A stretch of 64,000 nucleotides of DNA, from positions 549 through 64,548 of the IMG/VR virus record IMGVR_UViG_3300030376_006611; one strand, 5' to 3'. A program made the translations under genes and the position numbers. The notes beneath the pieces are model-generated. The model saw only the letters and a list, made by a program, of their open reading frames with translations. It did no database searches and was not told the DNA's origin. Origin of the DNA: a virus (taxonomy: Duplodnaviria; Caudoviricetes). Positions 63,295 to 64,000 of the stretch are shown here, one piece after another (within the stretch, counting starts at the first letter, position 1; every line of letters begins with the position of its first letter).

Positions 63295-64000
63295 CTATGA
63301 TGAGGACGTTATCTCAATTTGCCCCAAGGCTACAACGGGAGAGGTTGTTTCAATCGGTGATCTATACATTGCACTTCCCGCTCAGCCTCCCAAAGAGGAA
63401 ATTGAAGGATATGGACGTCCAGACAACCTGCAGCTGTGGGAGAGGTCTCCTATGCCATCAGAGCTGTCTCGGATTAAGACTATGGACGAGTGGAGTGAGA
63501 TGCCGCGAGAGTTCAGACAAAAATTTTCTCCGTATATCGAAGAGGAATTTCGCCGTAGGCGTGAGGGCTTTTGGTTTTTCAATAACGGCAAGCCTACATA
63601 TATTACGGGCAGGCACTACATGATGCTGCAGTGGACCAAGATAGATATAGGATTTCCTAACTATCTTGCATTCCAGCGCGAAATTTTTCTACACATGGCC
63701 GCGTGTGAGGCAGACCCGAGATGTATCGGGCAGCTCTATACGAAGTGCAGACGTAGCGGGTACACTAATATCTGCTCGTCTGTGCTCTTGGACGAAGCCA
63801 CGCAGGTTAAGGATAAGCTTCTCGGGATTCAGTCGAAGACTGGTAAGGACGCGCAAGAGAATATCTTCATGAAGAAGGTGGTTCAAATGTTTCGTCACTA
63901 CCCCTTCTTCTTTAAACCAATTCAAGATGGTACCACGAATCCACGCATGGAGCTGGCTTTTCGCGAGCCGAGTAAGAGAATCACGAAGAAGAATAAGAGG
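63275..64000 (+). CDS. terL: Terminase large subunit, N-terminal part (3'-truncated by window edge)
   Basis: Open frame from the ATG at 63275 (MLVKVDDYDE) to the window end; YITGRHYM.LQW and Walker-A-like KCRRSGYT. Confidence 0.88.
   Translation, partial: MLVKVDDYDEDVISICPKATTGEVVSIGDLYIALPAQPPKEEIEGYGRPDNLQLWERSPMPSELSRIKTMDEWSEMPREFRQKFSPYIEEEFRRRREGFWFFNNGKPTYITGRHYMMLQWTKIDIGFPNYLAFQREIFLHMAACEADPRCIGQLYTKCRRSGYTNICSSVLLDEATQVKDKLLGIQSKTGKDAQENIFMKKVVQMFRHYPFFFKPIQDGTTNPRMELAFREPSKRITKKNKR

Noticed and set aside
1-64000. Stop-codon reassignment, as in some crAss-like phages
   Set aside because: Very long ORFs are intact under code 11, genes pack tightly with TAATG/ATGA overlaps, and no suppressor tRNA is present.
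1-64000. Prophage or integrative element
   Set aside because: No integrase, repressor switch or flanking host genes; the window is permuted within terL.

Overview
The window is almost certainly a nearly complete, circularly permuted genome of a lytic tailed phage (podovirus-type, crAss-like morphogenesis module) infecting Bacteroidota. Both window edges fall inside the terminase large subunit gene. Host evidence: repeated TAnnTTTG (-7) / TTTG (-33) promoters, A-rich leaders without Shine-Dalgarno sequences, signal peptides ending in Gln, and a T9SS C-terminal sorting domain. Layout: a plus-strand late arm (54814 to 64000, continuing 1 to 40181) with terminase, portal, capsid, tail, three large ejected proteins, lysis genes and a cell-envelope cassette, and a minus-strand early/replication arm (54123 to 40178) with small host-takeover genes, recombination genes and a primase-helicase. 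I found no DNA polymerase, RNA polymerase, integrase or CRISPR array. Most unusual signals: (1) four non-canonical tRNA-like cloverleaf RNAs in the early region (50721-51162), preceded by a sequence antisense to a leader motif shared by seven early genes; (2) a tRNA-like gene with anticodon arm (UAU) and D-loop in swapped order (62710-62786); (3) DnaA-box-like 9-mers inside early promoters plus a phage DnaA domain-IV protein; (4) a T9SS cargo / outer-membrane barrel / thioredoxin-like cassette; (5) a 2878-aa polyvalent virion protein punctuated by a repeated [LM]E[SA]RxG[GS][AV]F motif. All family assignments come from motif recognition by eye and recall, not from database searches, and RNA folds were worked out by hand.
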